Source of the DNA: an uncultured Bacteroidota bacterium | GTDB lineage: Bacteria; Bacteroidota; Ignavibacteria; Ignavibacteriales; Ignavibacteriaceae | Direction of reading: 5' to 3' | Length of the DNA: 64,000 nucleotides | Assembly (NCBI GenBank): GCA_963745465.1 | Contig: CAVUXT010000045.1 | Location: forward strand, 35,235-99,234 | Shown: in pieces, positions 9,787 to 19,904 of the stretch | Layout: each line of letters starts with the position of its first letter | Position numbering within the stretch: the stretch's first letter is position 1 | The notes under the pieces: generated by a model | Told to the model about the DNA's origin: nothing | Seen by the model: only the letters and a program-made list of their open reading frames with translations | Database searches by the model: none | Program-made: the position numbers and the translations under genes

Positions 9787-10255
9787 AATATATTATTTTA
9801 TTGGCAGACTCTCCCTAATCATTTTTATAAAGCCTTTTGTGGAAACTATTCGCCACTGGCAGTACATAATGTCAGCTTGGTTTAAAAAATATAGCTTATT
9901 ATTCTTTATTTAGCGATTTAGTTACCAGCTTAAACAGTATTAGAATAAATATCTTGTCCTGAAAAATTTTTCAAATCTCCTGAATATAGTTAAAACAAGT
10001 AAAGATTTTAAGTTCTAAAGATTATAAAATTTTAATTGATAAAGGGGGAGGGAAATATTCATTCTGTTATTCTGCTGGTTGCTTTCCTTCCTCTTTATCA
10101 CGATAAATAAAAATTTGGAAACGACAAAAATTTATATCATACAAAAATTTAAATCAAAATTTCAGAATCTGGAATAATAAGTAATAAAATAATTTTGTTA
10201 ATAGGGCTAATATTCCCTGGGAACGAATTTCCATAACAAACAAAAGGAGCATAGT

Positions 10256-10939
10256 ATGAAGAACTTTTTAACATTTTGGCTTTTCATTTTTTTCGCTTTT
10301 GCAGTTGATTCATTGCCTCAGGATGATCCATGCAATTGGGGCATAATATTTTCCGTCAAAAAAAATTTTACTTTGGGAAAATATGAGGTCAGTCCATTGC
10401 CGCAATATTCTACCCTCGCAACTACTATGCCTACAATGGCATCAGGTATTGCTTTTGAAAAAACTTATGATCGACATAGTTTCACTTTAGGGGTAGACCT
10501 TTCCTTGGATGATAGTAAACAAGATTTTACAGGTGGCGGTTCCCAGGAAGTAACCTCTTCTGAATATGCTTTAAGATTTGCCTATAACAACTATTTCAGA
10601 GGAATAGAAACTTCTACTAAAATTGCTCCATTTTGGGCGATGTGGGCCTCCTTTGCAAATTATTCAAATACTGTAACAGATAGAACAATACCGGGCAGTG
10701 AGACTAAAGACGAATTCAGTGGTTCGGTAATTGGTTTTGGTTTGGCTTTTGGCTTTTGGTGGTATATAATTGAATCGAATAAAGTATCTCTTGGTGCGCA
10801 GTATAACCTGGGAGGTATGTACTATCCGCAATCGACTTATACCAGTACCGGGCCAAGCGGATCTACTACCACGAATGGTCCGTCAATATTCCATTTCGGC
10901 GATTGCGGAGCTCGGCTAATGTTCAAAGCATCTTTTTAA
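10256..10939 (+). CDS. Hypothetical secreted / outer-membrane beta-barrel-like protein
   Basis: N-terminal signal peptide, alternating aromatic/Gly-rich strands and a C-terminal ...MFKASF terminal Phe. RBS AAGGAG lies upstream. Confidence 0.6.
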   Translation: MKNFLTFWLFIFFAFAVDSLPQDDPCNWGIIFSVKKNFTLGKYEVSPLPQYSTLATTMPTMASGIAFEKTYDRHSFTLGVDLSLDDSKQDFTGGGSQEVTSSEYALRFAYNNYFRGIETSTKIAPFWAMWASFANYSNTVTDRTIPGSETKDEFSGSVIGFGLAFGFWWYIIESNKVSLGAQYNLGGMYYPQSTYTSTGPSGSTTTNGPSIFHFGDCGARLMFKASF

Positions 10940-11004
10940 TTTTGTTATTAATGAATAGAATACGGAATAATTTTTCTAATTTGCAACTTAAATAAGAAAA
11001 ACAA

Positions 11005-11029
11005 AAAGCCCCGAACAAGTCGGGGCTTT
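11005..11029. terminator. Bidirectional stem-loop between convergent genes
   Basis: AAAGCCCCGA / TCGGGGCTTT is a perfect 10-bp stem with a 5-nt loop, flanked by A-run and T-rich sequence. Confidence 0.6.
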
Positions 11030-11040
11030 ATAACACCGGT

Positions 11041-11550
11041 TTATTTATTCCCTGGTCCGTTCCAGCCAAAGTTCCTCATCGATCTATGCTTTCTCATACT
11101 ATTCATTATCTCCGGCAAGTACTTCTTAGCTATCTTTCTTTGATCCGGTGTGAATATTTCTCTAATATCCATTAAATGATTTGCAGTTGCTAACGCCATT
11201 GCATTTTTATCTTTATTTAGGGCTTCGACTGATGTTACAACTTCATCTCTTGTTATATCATCTTTATTTCGCAAAGCCTTAAGGTTAATCATATCTTTCT
11301 GAAGGTTTGCTTTTAGGTCTACCATCTTTGTCTGAAAATCGGTTCTTAGTTTTGAAATCTGGTCTTTTTGTGCATCTGTTAGGTTAAGTTTTTCAAATAT
11401 TTTACCCTGCATCATATTGCGACCCATCATATGATCTTTCATCATTCCTTTCCTATTCATATCACCTTTAGGCGTCTGGGCATAAATACCTGCTGTTGCA
11501 AATGTCATAAACATTAAGGCCATAATTGCAGCAATTATTCTGGATTTCAT
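11041..11550 (-). CDS. Periplasmic Spy/CpxP-family (LTxxQ-motif) protein
   Basis: Signal peptide MKSRIIAAIMALMFMTFATAGIYAQ and LNLTDAQKDQISKL (LTxxQ). AAGGAG (minus strand, 11559-11564) lies 8 nt before the ATG at 11550, so the longer ORF start at 11598 is unlikely. Confidence 0.7.
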   Translation of the reverse strand: MKSRIIAAIMALMFMTFATAGIYAQTPKGDMNRKGMMKDHMMGRNMMQGKIFEKLNLTDAQKDQISKLRTDFQTKMVDLKANLQKDMINLKALRNKDDITRDEVVTSVEALNKDKNAMALATANHLMDIREIFTPDQRKIAKKYLPEIMNSMRKHRSMRNFGWNGPGNK

Positions 11551-11694
11551 CGTAAATTCTCCTTTTAGTTTTTGATCAATGTCTTGATGATTTGACATTA
11601 AATATTTTACAATGGTTTAAATCTATTTTCTTTGTAATTTAGCTTAAACCTTTTAAGCTCGCATTTTGTCCAATTATCGCATAAATAAGGTATA

Positions 11695-12246
11695 ATGCCT
11701 GAAAGTACTAATGATTTTGACCTGATTAAGGATTTTACCAATGGTAATGAAAGTGCATTCAATAAAATTGTGCTGAAATATCAACATAAGATTTATTGGC
11801 ATGCAAGAAGAATGACAGGTAATCATCTTGATGCTGATGAAATTGTTCAGGAAGTTCTTTTGGTAATGTATAATAAGTTACGAGACTTTAAATTTCAATC
11901 TTCTCTTTACACCTGGATTTATAGGATAACTTCTACAAGAAGTATAAATTTTATAAAGAGGAGAAAATTAAAGCAGGTGTTTTCCTTTGAAGATCATCCG
12001 GAAATTCCTGTTAGAATAGATGAAGACATTATTAATAATATAGAAATAAAGGAAAAACTCGAAAAGGTGGAAAAATATTTGGAAAAAATACCACCGAAAC
12101 AAAGAGAAATCTTTATTCTAAAAAATTATGAACAGATGACATACGAAGAAATTGCTGAAATAACAGGAAAGAGTGTTGGCGGCTTAAAGTCGAATTATTT
12201 TCAGGCAATGAAAAAAATTATGGAAATGGTGAAAAACAATGAATGA
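11695..12246 (+). CDS. ECF-type RNA polymerase sigma-70 factor
   Basis: Region 2 (DADEIVQEVLLVMY, YTWIYRIT) and region 4 (QREIFILKNYEQMTYEEIAEITGKSVGGLKSNYFQAMKKI). Confidence 0.9.
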   Translation: MPESTNDFDLIKDFTNGNESAFNKIVLKYQHKIYWHARRMTGNHLDADEIVQEVLLVMYNKLRDFKFQSSLYTWIYRITSTRSINFIKRRKLKQVFSFEDHPEIPVRIDEDIINNIEIKEKLEKVEKYLEKIPPKQREIFILKNYEQMTYEEIAEITGKSVGGLKSNYFQAMKKIMEMVKNNE

Positions 12247-12835
12247 AAAATTAATCAAATATATTGCTGAGGAAATGAATTCTTCAGAGAAGGAAGAGTT
12301 TGAAAAATTAGTAGGCAATTCTCCGGAATTGCTAAAAGAGGTTCAAAAGTACCGGGAGTTTTTTTCTAATATTAAGGAAACTAACAATCCTGAAATTAAC
12401 GAAAGTTATTTTATAAATTTATTGCCTAATTTCAGAAATAAACTTGAGTTTGTAAAAAGGAAAAAGTATCATCCTGTATATTCATTCGCTTCAGCTGTAA
12501 TTACAGTGATAGTAATATTAATGTTTATCCCGCGTTCAGAGAATATTATTAAAGAAGAAAATAGTATTACTGGAAATTATAGTACTGGGGAGATTACGGA
12601 TTATTTAACCATGAATTCAGAACAACCTTTGGTAACTAATTTGCCAGCTGACGTAGAGGCAAACTATGATTCGCTTCTTGATGGGATGATCTATAGTGAA
12701 CTGGATATTAATGATCAGAATTTAGCCACAACTGAACTAATTGATAAACTCGATTATAATGCTCTGATCCAATCTGTTAACCCGAATGAAGCTTCGGTTA
12801 TTTACGAACAACTGAAAAATAAGAAAATTTTTTAG
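12239..12835 (+). CDS. Putative anti-sigma factor (single-pass membrane protein)
   Basis: It overlaps the sigma gene by 8 nt. It has one TM helix (YSFASAVITVIVILMFI). The position is typical of a cognate anti-sigma, but no zinc-finger motif was seen. Confidence 0.5.
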   Translation: MNEKLIKYIAEEMNSSEKEEFEKLVGNSPELLKEVQKYREFFSNIKETNNPEINESYFINLLPNFRNKLEFVKRKKYHPVYSFASAVITVIVILMFIPRSENIIKEENSITGNYSTGEITDYLTMNSEQPLVTNLPADVEANYDSLLDGMIYSELDINDQNLATTELIDKLDYNALIQSVNPNEASVIYEQLKNKKIF

Positions 12836-12845
12836 AAGGAGTTAT

Positions 12846-13313
12846 ATGAAAACATTCTTTACTATATTTTTTGCATTAGCATTGATCTTTCCGGCACTGG
12901 CACAGGGAAACGGCCAACAGAGAAACAGAAGAGGTCAGGGGAAAATAGAAGAATTGGAAAAAATTAAATTGATTGATGCTTTGCAAATGAATGAAGAAAC
13001 GACTCTAAAATTTTTTGCACGCAGAAATGAATATCAAAATAAAGTTAAAGATTTAATGGCAGATGCTGATACTCAATTAAATAAAATATCTGATTTTGTA
13101 AAAAATAACGGCGATAAAAACTCAACAGAAATGAAAAAAATGATAAATGAATATTTGACTTTTAATGAGGATATAGCCAAAGAAAAGACTAATTTTATTA
13201 ATTCATTAAGTGACATACTTTCCTATGAGCAAATTTCCAAATTGCTAGTATTTGAAAAGCACTTCAGGGAAGAGCTGCGCAAATTATTATTCAGACCGAG
13301 GGCAGATCATTAA
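12846..13313 (+). CDS. Hypothetical periplasmic helical protein, third gene of the ECF operon
   Basis: Signal peptide ending ALAQG, a helical Lys/Glu-rich body and RBS AGGAG upstream. Confidence 0.5.
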   Translation: MKTFFTIFFALALIFPALAQGNGQQRNRRGQGKIEELEKIKLIDALQMNEETTLKFFARRNEYQNKVKDLMADADTQLNKISDFVKNNGDKNSTEMKKMINEYLTFNEDIAKEKTNFINSLSDILSYEQISKLLVFEKHFREELRKLLFRPRADH

Positions 13314-13419
13314 AAATTGACCATATACTTCGGAACTATAACATTAAAATTGTTGTATAATACTGCAGAATAAGGGTTGATTTTATAATTCAACGGAGGT
13401 ATTTTTTCACCACACTTTT

Positions 13420-13503
13420 GCGGAAGTGGTGAAATTGGTATACACGCTATCTTGAGGGGGTAGTGCCTTAATTGGCGTACGGGTTCAAGTCCCGTCTTCC
13501 GCA
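13420..13503 (+). tRNA. tRNA-Leu (anticodon GAG)
   Basis: Acceptor GCGGAAG/CTTCCGC, anticodon stem CTATC/GGTAG with loop TTGAGGG, a long variable arm, T-arm GGGTTCAAGTCCC and discriminator A. Confidence 0.9.
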
Positions 13504-13535
13504 CTTTTTCCAACCACAAATAAAGGAAGATACAA

Positions 13536-14300
13536 ATGAAAATATTGTCAAGTGTATCTTATTGCCTGTTACTAATTCTTTTTTTCGCCAATTCAGCTTT
13601 TTCACAAGAGATGAATCCAGAGGCTGGTAAGCTATATAATGCAGGTAATAAGATGCTAAAATCAGGAAACTACATGGGAGCGGTTCAGGAGTATGATAAA
13701 GCTCTTGCAATCGATAAAGATTATAGGACCTATTATCAGAAAGGTATGGCATTAAAAAAAGCTAACAAATATGATGAAGCCAGAGATGCATTTGAAAGCT
13801 GCTTAAAAGTAAATCCAGGTTTTGATGCTGCATATAATGCTTTAGGAGGAGTTTATTTCTCGCTAGGGAAATACCAGGAAGCGGCAGATAATTTTGAAAA
13901 AGTTATTGAAATTTCAAAAAACAATAGTGTAAAAAAAATGGTTCAGTCGAATCTTGCTTTAGCGTATACAAAGTTAGGCACTATTGCTATGTCCGATGGT
14001 AATAGCACTAAAGCAATTGATTTTTTACAGAAGGCAGTTAATAACAGTAATTACGATGCAGCCTATTTGGCATTAGCTAAAATTTATAGTGAAACCGGCA
14101 GCTATGATAAATCAATTGAAGCTGCTGAAAAAGCACTTAAGTATCGAAAGACAATTTCTAAAGGAGGTCCTTATTATTATATGGGAGTAGCATATAAATC
14201 AAAGGGCGATCTTACAAAAGCTAAAGAAATGTTTACAGAAGCAAGGCAGGATGCGACCTACAGAAAAACTGCAGAATACGAATTAACGGCTTTGAAATAA
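13536..14300 (+). CDS. Tetratricopeptide-repeat protein with signal peptide
   Basis: Repeated TPR consensus (AxxxYxKALxxDP/N...); the N-terminal signal ends FSQE. Confidence 0.8.
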   Translation: MKILSSVSYCLLLILFFANSAFSQEMNPEAGKLYNAGNKMLKSGNYMGAVQEYDKALAIDKDYRTYYQKGMALKKANKYDEARDAFESCLKVNPGFDAAYNALGGVYFSLGKYQEAADNFEKVIEISKNNSVKKMVQSNLALAYTKLGTIAMSDGNSTKAIDFLQKAVNNSNYDAAYLALAKIYSETGSYDKSIEAAEKALKYRKTISKGGPYYYMGVAYKSKGDLTKAKEMFTEARQDATYRKTAEYELTALK

Positions 14301-14316
14301 TCATTACTATTTCTGA

Positions 14317-14343
14317 AAACCCCCTCAAAGAGGGGGCTTTTAT
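14317..14343 (+). terminator. Rho-independent terminator
   Basis: CCCCCTC-AAA-GAGGGGG stem-loop followed by CTTTTAT. Confidence 0.6.
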
Positions 14344-14344
14344 A

Positions 14345-14992
14345 TTGACAGCAATGCAAAAACATTTCGTTAAGAACCTCAAAAACGACAATAAAAAATT
14401 TAGATTACTTATCCTGCCTTTTATCAGTTCTGCTGCTGTTTTAAGAAAAAATAAATTATTAAAGAAACTTTTATTATCCGCAAAAGAGAATAATATTAAG
14501 CCCAATAAAATCTATGAAGCATTGCTTCAGACTTATTTATTTGCGGGATTTCCATCGGCACTAGTTTCATTAAAGTTATCATCTGAAGTTTTCCCATTCA
14601 AAGGCGCAAAATCTGGGGGAGCAAATTCTTACAAAAAAAATGGTGAAGTAAATTGCAAAAGAATCTACGGTAATAAATTTGAAAAGTTGATGAATAATGT
14701 GCAAGAATTTTCTCCTGAATTATCTGAATGGTTAATATCGGAAGGCTATGGCAAAGTATTAAGCAGAAAGGGGCTTTCATTGAAGGAAAGGGAAATGAGC
14801 ATTGTTGCTGTACTTTGTTCGATGAAATATGAAAGCCAACTTTATTCCCACATAAATGGAGCTTTTCGATTAGCTAATTCCCTCGATGAAATTAAAGAAC
14901 TTATAACAAACCTGGAACAGATTGGAGGAAAGGGGGTATCAAATTTTGGTCTAAAGGTGTTTAACTCATATCTTAATAGTAAGAAATGGTAA
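14345..14992 (+). CDS. Carboxymuconolactone decarboxylase (AhpD-like) family protein
   Basis: The C-terminal half LSLKEREMSIVAVLCSMKYESQLYSHINGAFRLANSLDEIKELI fits the CMD-family pattern. The start is ambiguous (TTG 14345 or ATG 14354). Confidence 0.6.
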   Translation: MTAMQKHFVKNLKNDNKKFRLLILPFISSAAVLRKNKLLKKLLLSAKENNIKPNKIYEALLQTYLFAGFPSALVSLKLSSEVFPFKGAKSGGANSYKKNGEVNCKRIYGNKFEKLMNNVQEFSPELSEWLISEGYGKVLSRKGLSLKEREMSIVAVLCSMKYESQLYSHINGAFRLANSLDEIKELITNLEQIGGKGVSNFGLKVFNSYLNSKKW

Positions 14993-15261
14993 TATGATTA
15001 ATATTTTCCTTCCTTTAGATCGATTGGAATTAAACGAGCGCATTCGTTAAAAATTGAAAGGGCAAAATGAAATAATCAGTAGTATTACTTTTGGCCACAA
15101 TCCTACCTAATATTTTTCTTTAAGTAAACTATTTATTCTATTCAATGACTTGATTTTATGAGGGCTAAAAACCTATATTGGTATTAAAGGTTTTGATTTA
15201 TAAAACTATTAAATGTTATTTAGCTTCAGAGCAATATCATAGCTCAACTTTATTTGTAGCG

Positions 15262-15288
15262 TTGACAAAAATCAGGATTCGATATAAT
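15262..15288 (+). promoter_or_regulatory. Sigma-70-like promoter candidate upstream of the TPR/Ton block
   Basis: TTGACA (15262-15267) and TATAAT (15283-15288) about 30 nt upstream of the ATG at 15319. The spacer is only 15 nt, so this is tentative. Confidence 0.3.
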
Positions 15289-15318
15289 AAAACAATAACA
15301 ATTAACTATTTGTGTTAA

Positions 15319-18294
15319 ATGAGAAAAACAGCCTCTCTGATAATAATATTATTTCTTCTATCAAATTATTTAAATGCTCAGAGTACTTCGGAAATTTATT
15401 CATCTGCAATGAAGGCATATAATTCAGCCGATTATGTAAAAGCAGATAAAATATTTGAAGAGTTTTTTAAAAGCCACTCTACTTTAGATGAATTATTCGC
15501 GACAGCTAAATATTATTCATCGGATGCTCTTTTAAAATTGGGTGAGCAGACTGCAGCTTCCAACGGGTTTGAATATCTTGTTAATAATTTCAAATGGTCT
15601 GCATTCAGAGATCAATCAATGTATAAACTAGGGTTGATATACTATAATGAAGAATCATATTCAAAGTGCAGATACTATTTAATTTTATTGCTGGATGAAT
15701 ATCCGGGAAGCGAATATGATGGATCAGCACTTTATTGGATCGGTGAATCTTTTTCAAAAGAAAATCGTCTCAATGATGCAGTCTCATTTTTGAAACAGGC
15801 AATTGAAAGCCCGAAAAACAATGGTTTTGTGGATTATTCCATTTACACTTTGGGCAGGGTTTATGAAAAACTGGGTGACTATAAAAATGCGGTAAAATAT
15901 TATGACCAATTATTATCTTTCCACCGCGATAGTAAACTTGTACCAGATGCGCAAATAAGAATTGGGATGGCTTACTTCAAACTAAAAGATTATCAATCAT
16001 CAATTCTGGAATTAAATAATCCACTCGTAAATACATTGCCAAAAGATCAGTATGCTCAAAGCCTTTATCTTTTAGCTAATTCCTATTACAGAGTTAAGGA
16101 TTACAGTAACGCCGAGAAAACATATAAAACTATTATCAGTGATTTCCCATCCAATAATATTTTGCCTGAAGTTAAATTCGGACTGGCCTGGTGTTATTTT
16201 CAACAGAAAAGATACAATGAGGCTTATAATGAATTTAACGCATTGTCTGCCGGAAATGATACCTTAGCAATCAAATCATTTTTCTGGAAAGCTGAATCAA
16301 AAAGATATTCTGGGCAGGAAGCGGAGGCTTTTAATATTTACAAAGAGTTTCTGCTAAAATACCCCGGCAGCGATCTTGGATACGGCGTTCAGTATCAGAT
16401 TGCAGTAGTCTATTATAATGATAAAAAATATGATTTGGCAGAAAAATTTATAAGAACCGCTATGGGTTCAGATGATCTAACTATTAAAGCAAAAGCTTAT
16501 ACTTTGATGGGCGAAATTGAAGTTGAGCAAAAGAAGTATAGCGAAGCAATAAATAATTTTAAGTCTGTATTAGAATTACAGAGTATTCCAGATGATCTTC
16601 GCAACAGATCTTTGCTTGGACTGGGTGCTGCTTCATATTATTCGAAAAATTACAATGACGGCATCTCAAATTTACTTACACTTAATCAGGCAGATAAAGA
16701 TTATGATAGTGATAAAGCAAATTTCTTCCTTGCCGAAAACTATTTTGGCCTTGGTAAATATGCAGATGCGTTGAAAAGATATAATTTCGTTTCTAATTCA
16801 AATGCTGTATTATATGCTTTGGCGCTTTACGGAATAGGTTATTGTTATTATGACTTAGGTGACTATGAAAATGCTGCTATTAAATTCTCTGATTTCATAA
16901 AGAAATTCCCAAATGATTCGCGAATTATTGATGCAAAATTAAGATTAGCAGACAGTTATTACGGGACCAAAAATTTTGCCTCTGCCAGTAAAATATATAA
17001 GAATCTTTTTAATTTTAATAAATCATCCTTAAACGATCCGAATACATATTACCAGTATGCTCAAACATTGTACAAATCAGGCAATACCACTGATGCCATA
17101 AATGAATTCCAAAATCTTCAAAGAAGATACCCTGGATCAGAATATGCGGACAAATCACTTTATATAGTAGGGTGGATTTATTTTCAGCAAAATGATTATA
17201 ATAAAGCAATAGATAATTACCGAAATGTGCTTCAACAATATCCCGGTTCCTCATTAGGACCAATTATTTATTATTCAATTGGCGATGCATATTTTAATCT
17301 TGCTGAATACGATTCCGCAATTGCAAGTTATCAAAAAGTAATGGTTGACTACCCGACTTCGCCTCATGTATTTGATGCAGTAAACGGAATTCAGTACAGT
17401 TACATTGCAAAGAATCAACCTGAAAAAGCTGTGGGTTTGATTGATCAATTTGTAAATCAAAATCCTGGTTTAAGTTTTGCGGATCAGATTTACTTTAAAA
17501 AAGGTGAAATTTATTATGGACTCCGCGAATATGCCAAAGCTGAAGCAAGTTATAAAGATTTCATAACTAAGTTTCCAACAAGCAAATCATTACCGGAAGC
17601 TTATTACTGGGTCGGCAAAAGTGCACAAAATTTAAATCAAAATGAAGAAGCAATATTTAATTTTAATTATGTATTTAATAATTATCCCAAAAGTGAATCT
17701 GCCGCAGCCGCAGTAATTGAAATGGGAAATATTTATAATAGCACTAAGAATTATGATGAAGCTTTAAACATACTTAACAATGCTGTTGGCAAGTTAGCTC
17801 AATCTTCCCGAATTCCTGAAATATTGTTTTTAAAAGGTGTAACACTTTCAAATAAGGGCGACCTAACCAACGCTTACGCGGCCTTTAATGAAGTTGTTGA
17901 AAGTTACGGTACTACAATCTTTGCGCAAAAAGCAAAATTCGAACTTGGATTAATAGAACTTGCGGCAAAAAGATATGACAATGCTGTAATATATTTTCAG
18001 GAACTCGCTACTAACCGGACGGATGATATTGGCGCCAAAGCTCAATATTATCTCGGAGAAACATTATTCGAACAGAACAAAATTACAGATGCGATCAGTG
18101 CTTTTGTAAGAGTGAGAACTATTTTTTCAGCTTATGATGAATGGCTTACAAGATCATTTCTAGGGCTTGGCGATTGTTACGCAAAACTGAAGGATAATAG
18201 ACAGGCTAAGGAAATGTACAGAACAGTAATTTCAAAACACAGGCAGGATGAATTTGGTAAAGAAGCTGAATCCAAATTGAGGAAATTAAAATGA
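15319..18294 (+). CDS. Large tetratricopeptide-repeat protein (991 aa), secreted
   Basis: Signal peptide, then more than 20 YbgF-type TPR units (YxxGxxYxxxxxYxxAxxxFxxxxxxYPxS). Confidence 0.85.
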   Translation: MRKTASLIIILFLLSNYLNAQSTSEIYSSAMKAYNSADYVKADKIFEEFFKSHSTLDELFATAKYYSSDALLKLGEQTAASNGFEYLVNNFKWSAFRDQSMYKLGLIYYNEESYSKCRYYLILLLDEYPGSEYDGSALYWIGESFSKENRLNDAVSFLKQAIESPKNNGFVDYSIYTLGRVYEKLGDYKNAVKYYDQLLSFHRDSKLVPDAQIRIGMAYFKLKDYQSSILELNNPLVNTLPKDQYAQSLYLLANSYYRVKDYSNAEKTYKTIISDFPSNNILPEVKFGLAWCYFQQKRYNEAYNEFNALSAGNDTLAIKSFFWKAESKRYSGQEAEAFNIYKEFLLKYPGSDLGYGVQYQIAVVYYNDKKYDLAEKFIRTAMGSDDLTIKAKAYTLMGEIEVEQKKYSEAINNFKSVLELQSIPDDLRNRSLLGLGAASYYSKNYNDGISNLLTLNQADKDYDSDKANFFLAENYFGLGKYADALKRYNFVSNSNAVLYALALYGIGYCYYDLGDYENAAIKFSDFIKKFPNDSRIIDAKLRLADSYYGTKNFASASKIYKNLFNFNKSSLNDPNTYYQYAQTLYKSGNTTDAINEFQNLQRRYPGSEYADKSLYIVGWIYFQQNDYNKAIDNYRNVLQQYPGSSLGPIIYYSIGDAYFNLAEYDSAIASYQKVMVDYPTSPHVFDAVNGIQYSYIAKNQPEKAVGLIDQFVNQNPGLSFADQIYFKKGEIYYGLREYAKAEASYKDFITKFPTSKSLPEAYYWVGKSAQNLNQNEEAIFNFNYVFNNYPKSESAAAAVIEMGNIYNSTKNYDEALNILNNAVGKLAQSSRIPEILFLKGVTLSNKGDLTNAYAAFNEVVESYGTTIFAQKAKFELGLIELAAKRYDNAVIYFQELATNRTDDIGAKAQYYLGETLFEQNKITDAISAFVRVRTIFSAYDEWLTRSFLGLGDCYAKLKDNRQAKEMYRTVISKHRQDEFGKEAESKLRKLK

Positions 18295-19886
18295 GAAAAC
18301 TTTTAATAATTAGTATCGTACTGATCTTTTCTTTATCTATTTATTCTCAAGAAAACGATAAGAAAAATCCTAATGTGGAATTACCGGACTTCGTAATTAC
18401 CGGTAAGGATGTAATATCATTGCAGAAAGCAAACAAACTTGATCCTGGCTTTATATCAATAATATCTGAAGAGTTTATTCAGCCGCTTTATTCCCCTGAA
18501 AATCTTGGCATATCTGATCTGGCCAATCCAATAAAAGATCAGTTAAATTTAACTGATACACTTAATTTATATAGCACAAGATTGACTATAGGTACAGGAA
18601 TTTATGCTTCACCCGAAGGAAATTTATCATTTGCTCAGCCTTTTAATAATGTTATTATCGGAGCGGTTCTTAATGGTGAAAATCAAAGAGCTTATATTGA
18701 TAACAGTGATAGGTATAAAATTAATGGGGAATTAAGCCTTGCTTATTTTGTCCCGGATGATGCTTCATTAAGTGGAACTCAGTTTAAGTTTAGAGGAGGC
18801 TACGGATTAAACAGTTATAGATTTTATGCTTCTAATAACCCCACTCAAAAAAGAAATTATTATAATGGCAATTATTCTCTGGATGTTAGTAATCTTGTTG
18901 CAAGATATTTTAATTTTGATTTAAGTGCCAAGGATAAATATACATTTCTTAGTGATGAAAATCTTACAGAAAATTTATTTAGGGTAGATGGTTACCTTAA
19001 AGGAAGTTTCCCATTTTTTAACCTTGCTGGTAATTTTAATTATACAAGACAATTACTAACAAACAATATAATAAACAAGGGAGACTTTGATTATATTTTT
19101 GTCCGTCCTTATATCCAGTTTATTTTGCAGAATGCATTTATTATCTCAGGTGGAATAAGCTATTCAAAGTCAGGTAGTTTAAATTACACTGCACCATATG
19201 CATCGGTTGCATTTAAAGTAAATGATTTTGTTTCTTTATATGGCGAATTTAATCCTTCAGCTGAATTCCTCGGGCAAGGCGATTTTCTTGTCCAGAACAT
19301 GTATTATAATCCTCAGGTTTTTCCAAATGCATTTATTAAAAAAACTTCGGCCTTTACCGGTTCGTTAAAATTTCAATATTTTAAATATTACGAGATTGAT
19401 GCAGGCATAAAATATTTTAAAGCCGATAATCTACCGTTTTTCATGAATTCTGCTTCATCAGGAATGTTTGATGTAAACTTTACCGGCGCTACTAATTATT
19501 CAGTGTACGCTAATTTCCTTTTTCATAATGGACCTTACGGAGTTTTTTATGCAACTGCAGATTATAATGATTTAAAAGATAATTCGGGAAATACAATCCC
19601 ATATTCACCTAAAATGAAAACAACCGTGGCATATGGCTATAACTTTGATTTTGGATTTTCCGTCCAACCTAAGCTCGATTTTTATTCGCAGAGTTATGCC
19701 GATTTAGATAACCTCATAAAACTGGACCCTTATATTGATTTAGGTGTTAAAATTGCTTATAAATTTGGTAGTAATTTTTCATTGAATGTGGAGTTATCTA
19801 ACTTAGTAGATAGAAAAAATTATAAATGGTACGGATATAGAGAAGCCCCGCTGGATCTTGTTGCAGGCTTTACTTATAAGTGGTAA
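18291..19886 (+). CDS. Hypothetical outer-membrane beta-barrel protein
   Basis: Signal peptide, alternating-strand composition and C-terminal GFTYKW aromatic terminus. It overlaps the TPR gene by 4 nt. Confidence 0.6.
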   Translation: MRKLLIISIVLIFSLSIYSQENDKKNPNVELPDFVITGKDVISLQKANKLDPGFISIISEEFIQPLYSPENLGISDLANPIKDQLNLTDTLNLYSTRLTIGTGIYASPEGNLSFAQPFNNVIIGAVLNGENQRAYIDNSDRYKINGELSLAYFVPDDASLSGTQFKFRGGYGLNSYRFYASNNPTQKRNYYNGNYSLDVSNLVARYFNFDLSAKDKYTFLSDENLTENLFRVDGYLKGSFPFFNLAGNFNYTRQLLTNNIINKGDFDYIFVRPYIQFILQNAFIISGGISYSKSGSLNYTAPYASVAFKVNDFVSLYGEFNPSAEFLGQGDFLVQNMYYNPQVFPNAFIKKTSAFTGSLKFQYFKYYEIDAGIKYFKADNLPFFMNSASSGMFDVNFTGATNYSVYANFLFHNGPYGVFYATADYNDLKDNSGNTIPYSPKMKTTVAYGYNFDFGFSVQPKLDFYSQSYADLDNLIKLDPYIDLGVKIAYKFGSNFSLNVELSNLVDRKNYKWYGYREAPLDLVAGFTYKW

Positions 19887-19904
19887 TTAAAACAATCTGG
19901 TAAA

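Noticed and set aside
13310-13752. ORFs 13310-13519(-) and 13468-13752(-).
   Set aside because: They overlap tRNA-Leu and the start of the TPR gene on the opposite strand, and have no supporting signals.
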